Assembly (NCBI GenBank): GCA_051294905.1
Contig: CM119378.1
Span: 9,672,001 to 9,736,000, forward strand
DNA length: 64,000 nucleotides
Source of the DNA: Botryllus schlosseri
Lineage: Eukaryota
Direction of reading: 5' to 3'
How positions within the stretch are numbered: position 1 is the first letter of the stretch; each line of letters starts with the position of its first letter. A program made the position numbers and the translations under genes. The notes beneath the pieces were generated by a model. That model had not been told where the DNA came from. It worked only from the letters and a program-made list of their open reading frames with translations, and made no database searches. Below, in pieces: positions 1 through 15,186 of this stretch.

Positions 1-9
1 AAGTAACTA

Positions 10-3958
<3,949 letters not shown>

Positions 3959-4968
3959 AATGCTTGATTATCAAATCCACCAATTCCCAAAGAAATATAC
4001 AACCGTAACCTGCTGAATAAACCCAGGAATATAGTTCTCAAGGTAAACCACACTTGGTATGTCAATAAAAGCACATTACTCTCAACGGGCTAACAACGCG
4101 CTGCCCTCCTGAATTATACACTGAGACACGCACAGTCACTGCAGGTATGCGTGCATTATGATTCTACCTTGACGTACTCCAGGCTATATTCCGGCACTTA
4201 TCGACCCCCTACTTTAGCAGCGGCGTTGATGGCACATATTCGTCGGGTTATCAGTAAATATCACACTACCCAGAACACATTACCCGTGATCATAATCGGA
4301 GCACGGCAAAGGTTTAGATACCGCGTCGACACTTATCACGATTTTCTTTATCTATTACAGCAAATGGAATTCATCAACAGAACGACATAATGGCAATCAT
4401 GGTTTATTTTGTTTTGTACTCAGTGATCCATGACATTGCAATTTAGGATATTGTTCTTCTGCACGTCTCCGTGACCGTGAGCTTATAAGCATTACGAATA
4501 TAGTCCGAGATTTACTTGCTCATTTACATAGAATTGCGCATATCCCGGTTAGATGTCCAGGAAAATTCAACGATTTTGTCACCTCGGAATCAGAAGCGCA
4601 TAGAAAACACCCGCGCCCTTGTCGTTGAACTACCATGTGATAAGCATGAATTAGGCTACATGAAAACACGTCGGTCGATCAAGTATGCCCGAACACAACT
4701 GTAGGACAGTATTTCGAAGGCTATCCGACAATCGTCGAGCATGTTCAGTGTCTACATTCCAGTCGAAATATAAGCAGTTTCTGTCGAATCAATACTTGAC
4801 AAGAAGCCAACCCTGGATATTGCAGGACCGCGATTAGAAATTGACTTCACCTACCGACACGTCACATTCGTTTGGACTAATTGTTATTGGATGTAATCTT
4901 TTACTTTTCATTGAGTGCGCGCAGTACATACCCCATGCTTTCTAAAGCAAGGTGGGAGTCTGATTAAG

Positions 4969-5726
4969 TAGGGGCTATGGATTACCATATTTTGGAATCA
5001 GAAAAGGGGGACACTTTTACCAAATTATAAAAAGTTAGTTGACGGAAATTGAAACAGCTTATTTTGAAATATTTAGTCAAAATCATGTTGTGTTGACTTA
5101 TAGACGTGTGCGCTGATATGACATCCAGCTTACGCAATCGCCGGTATTGCTCTGTATAGATTTTGAACGTGTTTCATAAGAAGAGAGAGATGACGAGATT
5201 TCCAACTATAATTATTCGGATTATGCGTTCTAGCTCTCTGCGAAGTTTCAATAAGGCTGTTACTTCGCGATAAGGATAGTAATTTCGTTATCGCAGTCGA
5301 GTATGTATAATTCCGCGAACCCTAGCCCAGCCTAGACAAAAAAAGGTCATCACTCCGACTCGAACGTCCGCATTACGTTATTCGCGTCATTTATGGCGAT
5401 TTTCAGTAGACCCTGTCCATTGACCTGGCCGTCAAAGCTGTGAAGGAGGACGAATTTCCAAATAGAAATTTAAGCGTCCCATGAGGAAATTTTCGATTTC
5501 TTTAGAATGGAGGACAAATCCTCCATATGGTTACCATCATGAAACACGTTCAAAATCTATACAGAGCAATACGGGCTTTTGCGTAAGCTGGATATCATAT
5601 CAGCGTACACCTCTATAATTCAACGTAACAAGATGTCCAGTAAATATTTCAAAATCAGTTGTAAACTAACTTTTATGAGTTGATGAATGTGTCCTCGTTT
5701 CCCGATTCCAAAATATGGTAACCCTG
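4969..5726. mobile_element. Foldback element with ~200-bp inverted arms, ~1 kb upstream of the myosin ATG
   Basis: About 4981-5177 is the reverse complement of about 5539-5726; GATTAAG flanks both ends; end resembles CAGGGTTACCATA. Confidence 0.75.
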
Positions 5727-8639
5727 GATTAAGAGCATACCCTCAAGTCGTTTCGACACCCTCCTCACTTTTCATTTCATCAAAATATATATATTTTTTA
5801 ATTGACTAAATTATAATTAATTGGTGAATTGAAGCAGTATATTGTCCTCGAACGAAATGTCCGCAATGATACGTAGATATTTACAACTTGATCCTTCCAA
5901 ATTTGTTATCGACCTACCAAAATATATTTTATCCATAGATTGGGAGGGGTAGGCACTGAGCTATATCGCCACTGGGCTCTAGCCTATCGCCCTGATGAAA
6001 ATTCCATCCCATCCTTAACGTCACGCGATGGCGAAATAGAGCAGTGTGTGCATAGAAAACATCAAGGAATCTTCCGCGATCCATCCGTTCCATGGTTCAG
6101 TGGTTGACAAAGATTCACCTCTATCTCATCATTCACTAAGTAAATAGAGTACATTACTGCTTATAACATAGAAATGATACGTTCAATTCTGTAAGGCTTT
6201 CAAGTAGCAAAGAAACCGTAAAGCAGGCAGATCGGGCGACGATTACCGAGTAATTATGGTGCCGCCGCAGTTTAGCTGACAAGATCGATGTGATTTTCGC
6301 TGTTTGGACCTCGTTTTCGCGTCGATTTTGTAAGGTATAGGTTAATTGGGAATACGACCAAACATGGCGGTGCCAGATAATCGATATCTGTTGGCTTATC
6401 TATTGCAAGACGTGGTTATATATTCTGACGAGTTGGCTAGGGGGAATATCACCACGGTTCCGACGAACAATGATATGTACGCGATAGCTTTCAGAGTTGT
6501 AGAAATCTCCAGTATTTGGTTCTATCGTAGCACCATGCATAATTCCGTGATTTCGTTAGATTGTTATTCGACAAAGTTATAAAAATAATTAAGACAGATA
6601 AATTAAGGTAGTACTGAATAGACTTCTACGAAGAGCAGGATATGTGATATCTTATTGCCTTACCCAACATCACGTCCTCATCCAGGATTTCATTTTATCA
6701 TTTCGCGACATTACAAGACTACGCTACTTTAAACTTACATAGAGCGGTCTAAACAACTGAGGGGTGACATTGAAAAGAATCGATTCAAACGATTGTATAT
6801 ATAAACCTTGATAGAGTTTAACGAAGTTCATGTCGTGGCATCATCACTAAAACCTTGGGGATTGATGAGCTAGAACGATACGTACGTCGTACATCTCATT
6901 CCTAAGAGTAACAAGTTGTGTAATTGCTCTATGTAACGAGACAGTGCACCTGCCTTTGTAGAGTTGTACGCGGGATGATATGCGTCGAACGATTCCCGAG
7001 TATACTGTGAATGCGAAATGGCTTAAATTATTCATGCACCCATCACAAATAGCGATCACAACAGCCGTCAGCGTAAGACTGCAACGGTAGGTTTACCTGG
7101 TACGCAAGTTACAACAGAGACTGATCGTTTTCAGTGTGAATCGACAAAATGTTAGATCTAGGTGGCAAGAAAAAGGTGCGTGATTTACGTTAGTAATATG
7201 CGTATTCCGTGGCGATTCAAGCATAGGCTATCAGAGACGAGAAACTAGAATACACGCAGTACTCTAAACTATAGGCTATGCTGGTCGGTTTGGAAATATA
7301 TCGGCGTAGTGAGAATTCCTGTCGTGCCAATATATGGTTGAATTGGAAACTGGCACTAATTATTCTCAGTGACAGCATTTTGTCAGGACTACACAATGAC
7401 AATACTAACCCATCTCGGCCACCCCCTCACGTTTTATCATCAATTCACCAATTCTGTAATTTCAATGTTTCTCAAGGGTTCAGTAACCGTGTTGGGCATC
7501 CTTTCAAGCATAAGATCCGTTATTAAAAATAAAAGTATAATCCCAAACGATATTTAAGATCATTGAGGCTACAATATCTCTTTTAACAGATGTATGGCAA
7601 TCAGCGTAGCGGAACAGACATAGTCGTCTCATATTGTGTCACGTTATGTTTGTGAAGAGGGCGACTCGAATATTTGAAGCGTGATGGCAAAACAAATATC
7701 TTAAGCTCGCACTTTTACGGAAAGCAGGAATTCACAGAAACGTAACCTTACGTCTTCTGCAAATCATACGGTAGCTGTACCCAGGATTCGGTTAGCGTCG
7801 AAGTTCTCGTAGGTGTTCGATAATAACAATACATTACATGCAAAAAATTTCTGCATCATGGTTCCACATATGCCTTTCCGGTTGCTATACAAGTGTACTG
7901 TACGTGTATATTGTTTTGATCTATTATGTTACGACGTCCGGACGTCCGCAGACACTGGTCGATGGTCATTGCTCAATTGGTCATATTAGTTATGCCCATC
8001 GAGCGTAAAATACGCATTATTAGTATATAATGTCCAATTTCTTTCCGCAGGGCCTAATTTGCCCCGGTATTTTGTAATAACAGTGGACATTACACTATAT
8101 TTAACAAGAGATACCAAGATTCAAATCATACTTTACGACTACATCTATCTTGCCATCGTTGTGGGAATATGTAAGCATGCTTTTCTCATCAGTAGGGGTC
8201 TCTTTCTCATATCGTATTCTATCAACTGTACCAGTTCGACATACGTTGATCCTTGATGGTATATCGTAATCGTGTATTAAATTAACCATTTTAATCGCCA
8301 ATCACCATATATGGTCTGCACGCACACAAAGAATTATGTCAATAGCGTCAAAATCCCCAGTTCTCATTATGAAATAACATAACAAAATTTTGTAGTATAA
8401 CATAAACTGAGAAATGATAAATCTCGTTGGTTGCGATTTTGAGTTACAGCGCGATTTAAGGAAGCGTAGGCTACATAATCAGCAATATTTGGTTTTGCAA
8501 CGAACTGCGCCCATTTGGTCACTGCATCTTCATAAAAGCAGTCATATTGCTGGCCCGCCATAGGCACTTCTCACGTTGCAGCTTAATGTAAATATGCTTT
8601 TAAAATACAGATGCTTAAAACATGGCCATTAGTTTAGTC

Positions 8640-8902
8640 CAGTGGTTCCCAACCTTTTTCGACCCATCGCCCCCTTTTAAAGGTCAACACCGGTCAACGC
8701 CCCCCAAATTTTGTGTACCGAAAATTGGGCATACAAACTGTAATCACCGGCGGGTTGACTAAAAATAAAAAGGTCAAATTTTCGGATCGATGTCTAATTT
8801 GACATACTTTTGTAACGAAATTTCCGTGGGTTGACTAAAAAAAAAAAGGTCAGCCGATTTGACGCGTCATCGCCCCCCTATCGCCCACGTTGGGAACCAC
8901 TG
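8640..8902. mobile_element. hAT (Charlie-like) MITE
   Basis: TIR CAGTGGTTCCCAAC..GTTGGGAACCACTG; perfect TSD GTTTAGTC; subterminal ATCGCCCC repeats. Confidence 0.9.
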
Positions 8903-10894
8903 GTTTAGTCGTTTTTAGCCATGACATCGAAAATATGAAAAATCATATTTTTGGTTGATTGGTATTCATGTGCTCGTTATGGAATGTTCGAAAGTTATAC
9001 CATACTTGTATTCAAGAAATATTTTTTCGTGATCAAATCGTAAATATGTCTAAATGTACCACGGTACACTGACTTGTATTGAGCACTACTTGTTTGGCCC
9101 TTTCGCGCGCTATCTTTAGTGTGATTCATAAACTGGACATCTTGCTTTGTGACGTGATTTGCCAAATCAAGCGGAATGTATTTTCAGAATGTGTCATAAT
9201 GATAATTTTACTGCGACCGCAGGCGTTTGGTTGGTTTGAGTTATACGAGTCAAGTCACCAAATGTGACCATGTTCGCATTGGGGGACAAAACAAATGTGT
9301 CAGGGCAGATATTCGTAACATTCGACCATGAGGTGCTCAAATGTCATAAATTTCATTTTCAATTTCAATAATAACTGACGTCGTCACGGGAACAAAAATG
9401 GATTCACCCCTCCCCCTAAAGAAATCTAACGGCGCGAATTGTTGATCTGTAACAATGCTTTCACTACGTCGAGATAAATCCATGACGTAACCTCACTGCA
9501 GAAAAACATTCACCAAGTGATTTACTGATAGAATATTCGTTATAAAACGTATGATATACCCTTTGTCGTCGAAGTTCCATGTCTACTTCCATACTACCCC
9601 TGTTTCTAGTGCAAGCATTCATGCAATATTTCCCTTCGATAAGGGGTAGGTGTAGCCTATTCACCCGTTTTACGTTACATCATTTTTTACAACATTGCTA
9701 AAATGAAACATTTTGAGCCGGTGTGTTCCAAATCACGTTTTTTAAAATTTGCCATTCCCTAGTCACGATTATATATAGTCTACAGCTCCGCGGAATGAAA
9801 AGAACATTGATTTCTTGCAAGCCACAAAACGCAAGCTATGATAAAAATAATCGTTGGTTATCCATTCCATGAGGTTTACACGCAGCAGCTGGCCAACGTA
9901 TAAAATTCATTGTGATGTGACATATCAATATATGGCTATTATGCGCCTGTTAGATATTGTATGCATGTATATTTATATCTGTTCGGTGTAATTTTTGAAT
10001 GGACGACAGAACGACCGTAATGCGGACTGCGGACTGTTCATTTCAAGTATGGTCTTTCCCGGAAAGTAAATCCAAGACTGTGCCACATATGTGGCTCCCA
10101 CTCGTACGATGCATGTATGGTACAAAACAAATCCATTAGCGATTCATTGATTACTTTTAATGACTGATCGATAGAGAAATCAATTCTGAAGGACAAAATC
10201 CTATGTATACATAGTTGGGCGAAACCGAATAGTAGTTCACTTGAAAGTTTATTGATCGGTATTAATCAGTGAGATTGCATGCACGCGGTACAGTTAGTAA
10301 GTTATATTTATCATCACTTTTGAAAGCCGCACGAACACCTACGAGTCAATGGCCATTGCCTTAATGCTTGTCAGTTTGCGATTACCGTCCGTGGGATTAG
10401 TTATTTTTAAAAGAGCTTCTTGTGAACTCATTTTCCTCAAATGCGCCCTGAAATATTTATAAACGATCGAAGAGTTCGGTCGTTCAAGTCGTGATTGATA
10501 AATTTCAAGTCCTTCAAATCAATAAAACGACGACCGCCGATCGATGGCTTACTCATGTCCCGTAACGTAGAAGTTACCGACTAGCCGTTTGAGATACAGA
10601 ATCGATATTTTCTTGGGGCAATTAGGACGATATATATTAATGCCTTATCAAAATCCAATACGCAACGAAAAGTATCAAAATAAGCTAATTAAATCTGAAG
10701 TTCACCATGTGGCATTCACCATATGCCTCATATTTTCAGTGAAAACTGATGTGATGCTATAACATCCATAACAATCCATGTAGTATGATTTGGTTATGAG
10801 GTGGTGTCAGTATTACTTGTCGTGGCCACAGCCCACATATCCAGTTTCCCTTGCGCAGATTCGTTTTGTGATCTCGTAGTGATAATCTCGTTAG

Positions 10895-11417
10895 TAGGGC
10901 TGGGCATAATGATTCGAGTACTCGAATCTGAATCGAGCAGTAATTTTAATGATTCGAGTCGAGTAGTAAAATACGATTTTTTCGAGTACTGAAATTATAC
11001 GCTCCTCGCCGCTGAAAGTTATTTTATCAACAAGAATTATAGTTTCGATACTAATTTTCACAGACGAAGCCTTGGAACCTTGACTGGTCGTACCGTAGCA
11101 TACAATACATATAGTACAAAGCTACAAACGTAACTGGGAATAACGGATTTCTGAAGTCATGATCATTCCACAACATTGCCACTCAGTGAATTGAAATCAG
11201 TGTGGTCCAAAAAATACCTAGCTATCTTTAATATAATGGATAACGTACATTATATTCTTTGTGGTGGCATAAAAGGTAGATATTTGTACTTTGAGATAGG
11301 CCTACTATATTCGGTTATGACGTCATAATAAGTGATACTCGATTACTCGACTCGACTCGAAGCAAAATGCGTGATTCAGAATCGAATCACCCGGGTACTC
11401 GATTTTGCCCAGCCCTA
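10895..11417. mobile_element. hAT-type MITE
   Basis: TIR TAGGGCTGGGCA..TGCCCAGCCCTA; perfect TSD CTCGTTAG; subterminal TCGAGT/ACTCGA repeats. Confidence 0.9.
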
Positions 11418-11862
11418 CTCGTTAGTACTTCGTGCATTGGCGAGCGAGTTGAATTGGAATATGAAGTACTCATTGTTACTAAATAATTTCTGAACACGTG
11501 TCTCTGAGAACCTAGTATTGTAGTGGTCGGGAACCTTTTTTGTCTAAAGAGCCATACTGGCACTATTTTTTTCCATTTTAACTGCCGAGAGCCATACATG
11601 CCAATCAACAGTTGCGTCATAATTGATATTCCATGACGTCATGGTAGCACTAATTCGAACTACATGGGATTCGTCGTGTGCGCCACATTGTCTCTGTAAA
11701 AACTCGTACTAATCAAAGCTTGAACTTTAAACTTGAATTCCGAGAACGTAGGTTCGTCGTTATGCTCCTTTAAATGCGAGAATCCATGATCACATGCGTA
11801 GGTGGAGCAAAATATGTTCCCTACAGCAGTATATATCCATAACCACTGTAAGCTGTGATACG

Positions 11863-13221
11863 CAGGCCGTGTTATTTTTGGCATATGCCAAAACTGCCAA
11901 AAATAACTTATTTTTGGCATTTTTCGATTTTTATTTTTGGCAGTTTTGGCATCGTCCTCTAAATAGATAGTTTCAGCCTCGAATTAGTCACAAAAACGCT
12001 TTATTTGGGCTAGTTTGTCAAAAGACACCACAAAATGTGCAGCATCCACGTATAATCAGTGCCAACAAACAATAAGAAGAAGAAAAAAACTAACGATTTC
12101 ATAGGGTAATAATATCAAACGAAACCACAAAATGTGCAGTATCCATCGGAATCGGTGCCAATAAGCAAAAAAAAAGAAAGAAAAGCCTAACAAACACGCT
12201 CAACAGCTGATTGTTACAGCTGTTGAATAGACTTAAATCGTTTGCACTGTAACAGTGCTTCCAAACTCAGGTCAGCTAAGTTTCTCCTAAATTTTTTTCT
12301 CGCCCAGCGAATCTGGGAAATATCGGCTTCAACAGTAGCCGTTGAGGGAAAGAATGTTGCCAGTCATCCACAAAAGGTTTTCAGAGCTTCAAAATCATTG
12401 GAGGGCCGAACCGGCTTCCATGCATCATGAAAAGAGATCACTTCGCCAGTGCCATCGATCTTATCGCGGAAAGAATTTTCTTCCCGATCCTTTTCCAGGA
12501 GTTTCCTGTGTTGTCTCTCAACACATTCTATTTAGTAGCCCGACTATCATTTCCCCATCAGTCTACCGATATATTTTCGGAGGACTTTTGTCACTTCAGG
12601 TGGCTTTAATATTACCAACTCGCATGGAAGAGTCCTGGGAAAGTTAGCTTGTTTAAGAACATTGACGCAACAAGACTGTCTGGCAAAACGAGACTATGCA
12701 GCTCAGAAATAGCCAGACAGTTTGTTGCGTCACAATGTTCAACTCGATCGCAATGCAAAAATTGTGGTTGATTTTGGGGATTCCAGTTCCATGAGCAGAA
12801 TATAATTTAGATTTTAATAATCAGTACTGCGGCAGCTTCTCATTGATACCCGTTTTATCAAATTTAGTGCCCGACAAGCCGGTCAAAAATGGTTGTAAAA
12901 TTGCCTTTCGACAAATGGAAAGTATGACGTAAACCAAATGCAGTCAGCCGTTCAATATCGCTGTGCCCACACCATTTAGGACACCATGCTTTCCCCCCTA
13001 ATGGGTGGGCTGGACCCAGATTAAGAAACCTGCCTTTCACAAACGCTCTTCTCGCTTGTAACGAGGTCCTGCTAACACAACACCATGAACGAAATACACT
13101 ATTTGGCAGGCCGTGTTATTTTTGGCATATGCCAAAAATTGCTTATTTTTGGCATTTTCAAATTTTTATTTTTGGCAGTTTTGGCATCTGGCTCCTGAAA
13201 TGCCAAAAATAACACGGCCTG
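11863..13221. mobile_element. hAT deletion derivative carrying a transposase remnant
   Basis: TIR CAGGCCGTGTTATTTTTGGCAT; perfect TSD GTGATACG; the left arm is repeated internally at 13107. Confidence 0.85.
12214..12660 (-). pseudogene. Decayed hAT-like transposase C-terminus
   Basis: Hand translation ..LPCELVILKP..DAWKPV..LKTFCG*LATFFPSTATVEADISQIRWARKKFRRNLADLSLEALLQCKRF; several in-frame stops; resembles the hAT C-terminal S/T-x-V-E-x-x-F-S region. Confidence 0.7.
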
Positions 13222-13635
13222 GTGATACGTCAGTCACGTCGGGTCAGGGTCAGTACCACACCTGTCGTCAGGATGAGTGAACGAAAATTCTGAAACGTTC
13301 CAGTACTATATTGGCATTTTCTATCGATGTTCAGTTCATGGATGCCAAGATTTTAAAGATTTTTTCTCCCAAAATCACACAATTTGTATATTTATTGTTC
13401 GAAGATAAAGCGCGAAACGAGAGGTAGGTCTGAGGCAGCACAGACGAGCCAAGCCTCACCAATGGTAACGCAATTCATCGTAAATAGCTTAGAATTTATT
13501 ATAACTTATATTCATCATCATCATTGGTTTATTAGCAATTTTATCAGTTCAATACACCACAAAAATGCGATACAATGAATAGACAGAAGCGACTAGGAGT
13601 AATCTATGGAATCAGACAACCACCTTGGCCTAGGC

Positions 13636-15186
13636 CAGTGGTTCCCAACCGGGGAGGAATTCCCCCCTTGGGGGGAATTTTGCAATTTTTAGGGAGGAAT
13701 TCCACTTTAGAATTGGATTTCCTAAATTGTTCATGTCCGAACTGTCATGTAGTCAACCAGTTATATCCGAAAGTATGCTCCTTATGTTTTTTTTGTTTGC
13801 TGAAAGTATATGTTCAAACGCTATTTGAAACCTCTTTTTCACATACAAATTCCCCCTCCCCCCCCCACCCCCACCCCCATTTTTTAAAATTAGTTCAGAT
13901 GTGCTGCAGTTCGCAAGACAATTTTGTAGGCCAGCGACGGCCTCTCAATCAAATATATCCTAAGCGAGCAAATGTCGTGCCGTATCTATCACAACAGGGC
14001 CTCTAGTGAAAGTATTTATCTTATATTTTCAAGTTAACATTTTCAGACAGTGACAAAATATTCTAACGTCATCCATTCAAGTCAAAGAGATCGCTAGCCT
14101 TGTTTTATTTTTAGTGAGCAGCTACCCGATCGAAAAAATACATGGTAAACTTGGTGCAATGTTGCCGAAACGCAATGGGTGTCCTAAATTTCAATGAGCT
14201 CCAGCAGGGTATCTGATCACGTGTATGTTATATATCAACGCTGTAACCAAATCACGAGGCTCCGAGTCACGAGTCCATCTCACTTTCATAGTTTTTACTC
14301 GAGTCAAGTCGAGTCATTTTCAATTCATCATTGAGTCAAGTCCGAGTCCAAGTCACCGAGCAGAGGGTCGAGTCCGAGTCAGTGTATTATGTCTCGAGTC
14401 CGAGTCCAAGTCACACTCCAGTCAACACTGTTTGGTGATATTGAATGATTTGGATTTATGATATAATAATTTTCCTCACTTTGAGCAGTTTCTTGTCCCA
14501 TTGTCAAATAGCAGGATCAATAGGCGAAATTCCAATAGGGTGGTCACACTGGTCACTTTACTGTTCTTCGAAATTACAATGAAATGTCGGTCTTGGCCGT
14601 CTTATAGTCTCAAATCATATGGCTTGGTTCGAGTCATGAACAATGACTCGAGTCCAAGTCGAGTCAATACCCAGATTGTCTCGAGTCGAGTCGCTTCCGT
14701 ATTTTGAGAAAATGACTCGAGTCGAGTCGACTCATCAGAAAATGGTGACTCGAGTCAGACTCTAGTCTGGTCAACCCTCCTATATATGAAAGTACCAATA
14801 TTATTGGCCAAATGCATACGCAAACTTGAGAAAAAAATCGCAAGACCAGTAAATTTATGCATAGTGATTTTTCACAACAGTTATATTAGCGATTGGTGCA
14901 TGGTAAGCCGAAAACACAAATGGAAGTGTGGGGGTTTGTTGAGTCAAGCCTTCCAGAATTTGTTTGATTGGGACCAAGATCATTGTTTTTGGAGGTCTAC
15001 AAAGTGTTATTACAGCACTGCTAGAAACAAACACTCGGTACCGCCCGTCTTATTCTCTCAGTCAACAGGTGTTTGCGCGGTAAAAATGACCTTTTTCAAT
15101 CATCGGGCAGATTTATCCTAAGGGGGGAATTTTGGCTTAAATTTCAGCCAAGGGAGGCACGAGATGAAAAAGGTTGGGAACCACTG
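13636..15186. mobile_element. hAT (Charlie-like) MITE inserted in the LINE-tail element
   Basis: TIR CAGTGGTTCCCAACC..GGTTGGGAACCACTG; perfect TSD GCCTAGGC; empty site visible near 50418-50425. Confidence 0.92.
14236..14779. mobile_element. Same GACTCGA-rich hAT family, older inverted copy
   Basis: Degenerate TIRs; TSD TTATATAT/CTATATAT; interior is the reverse complement of 2987-3539. Confidence 0.8.

Noticed and set aside
4985-5718. CArG boxes upstream of myosin
   Set aside because: Both have 7 rather than 6 A/T and are simply mirror positions in the arms of one transposon.
8367-8567. 66-aa ORF, like most other 60-120 aa ORFs in the track
   Set aside because: No recognisable domains or splice context; such lengths are expected by chance.
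11317-11642. Perfect TGACGTCA (CRE) palindromes
   Set aside because: Similar sites are scattered across the window, several inside transposons, with no clustering that supports an enhancer call.
13575-14006. 143-aa ORF
   Set aside because: It crosses the LINE/MITE junction and is low-complexity, so it is a chance fusion frame.
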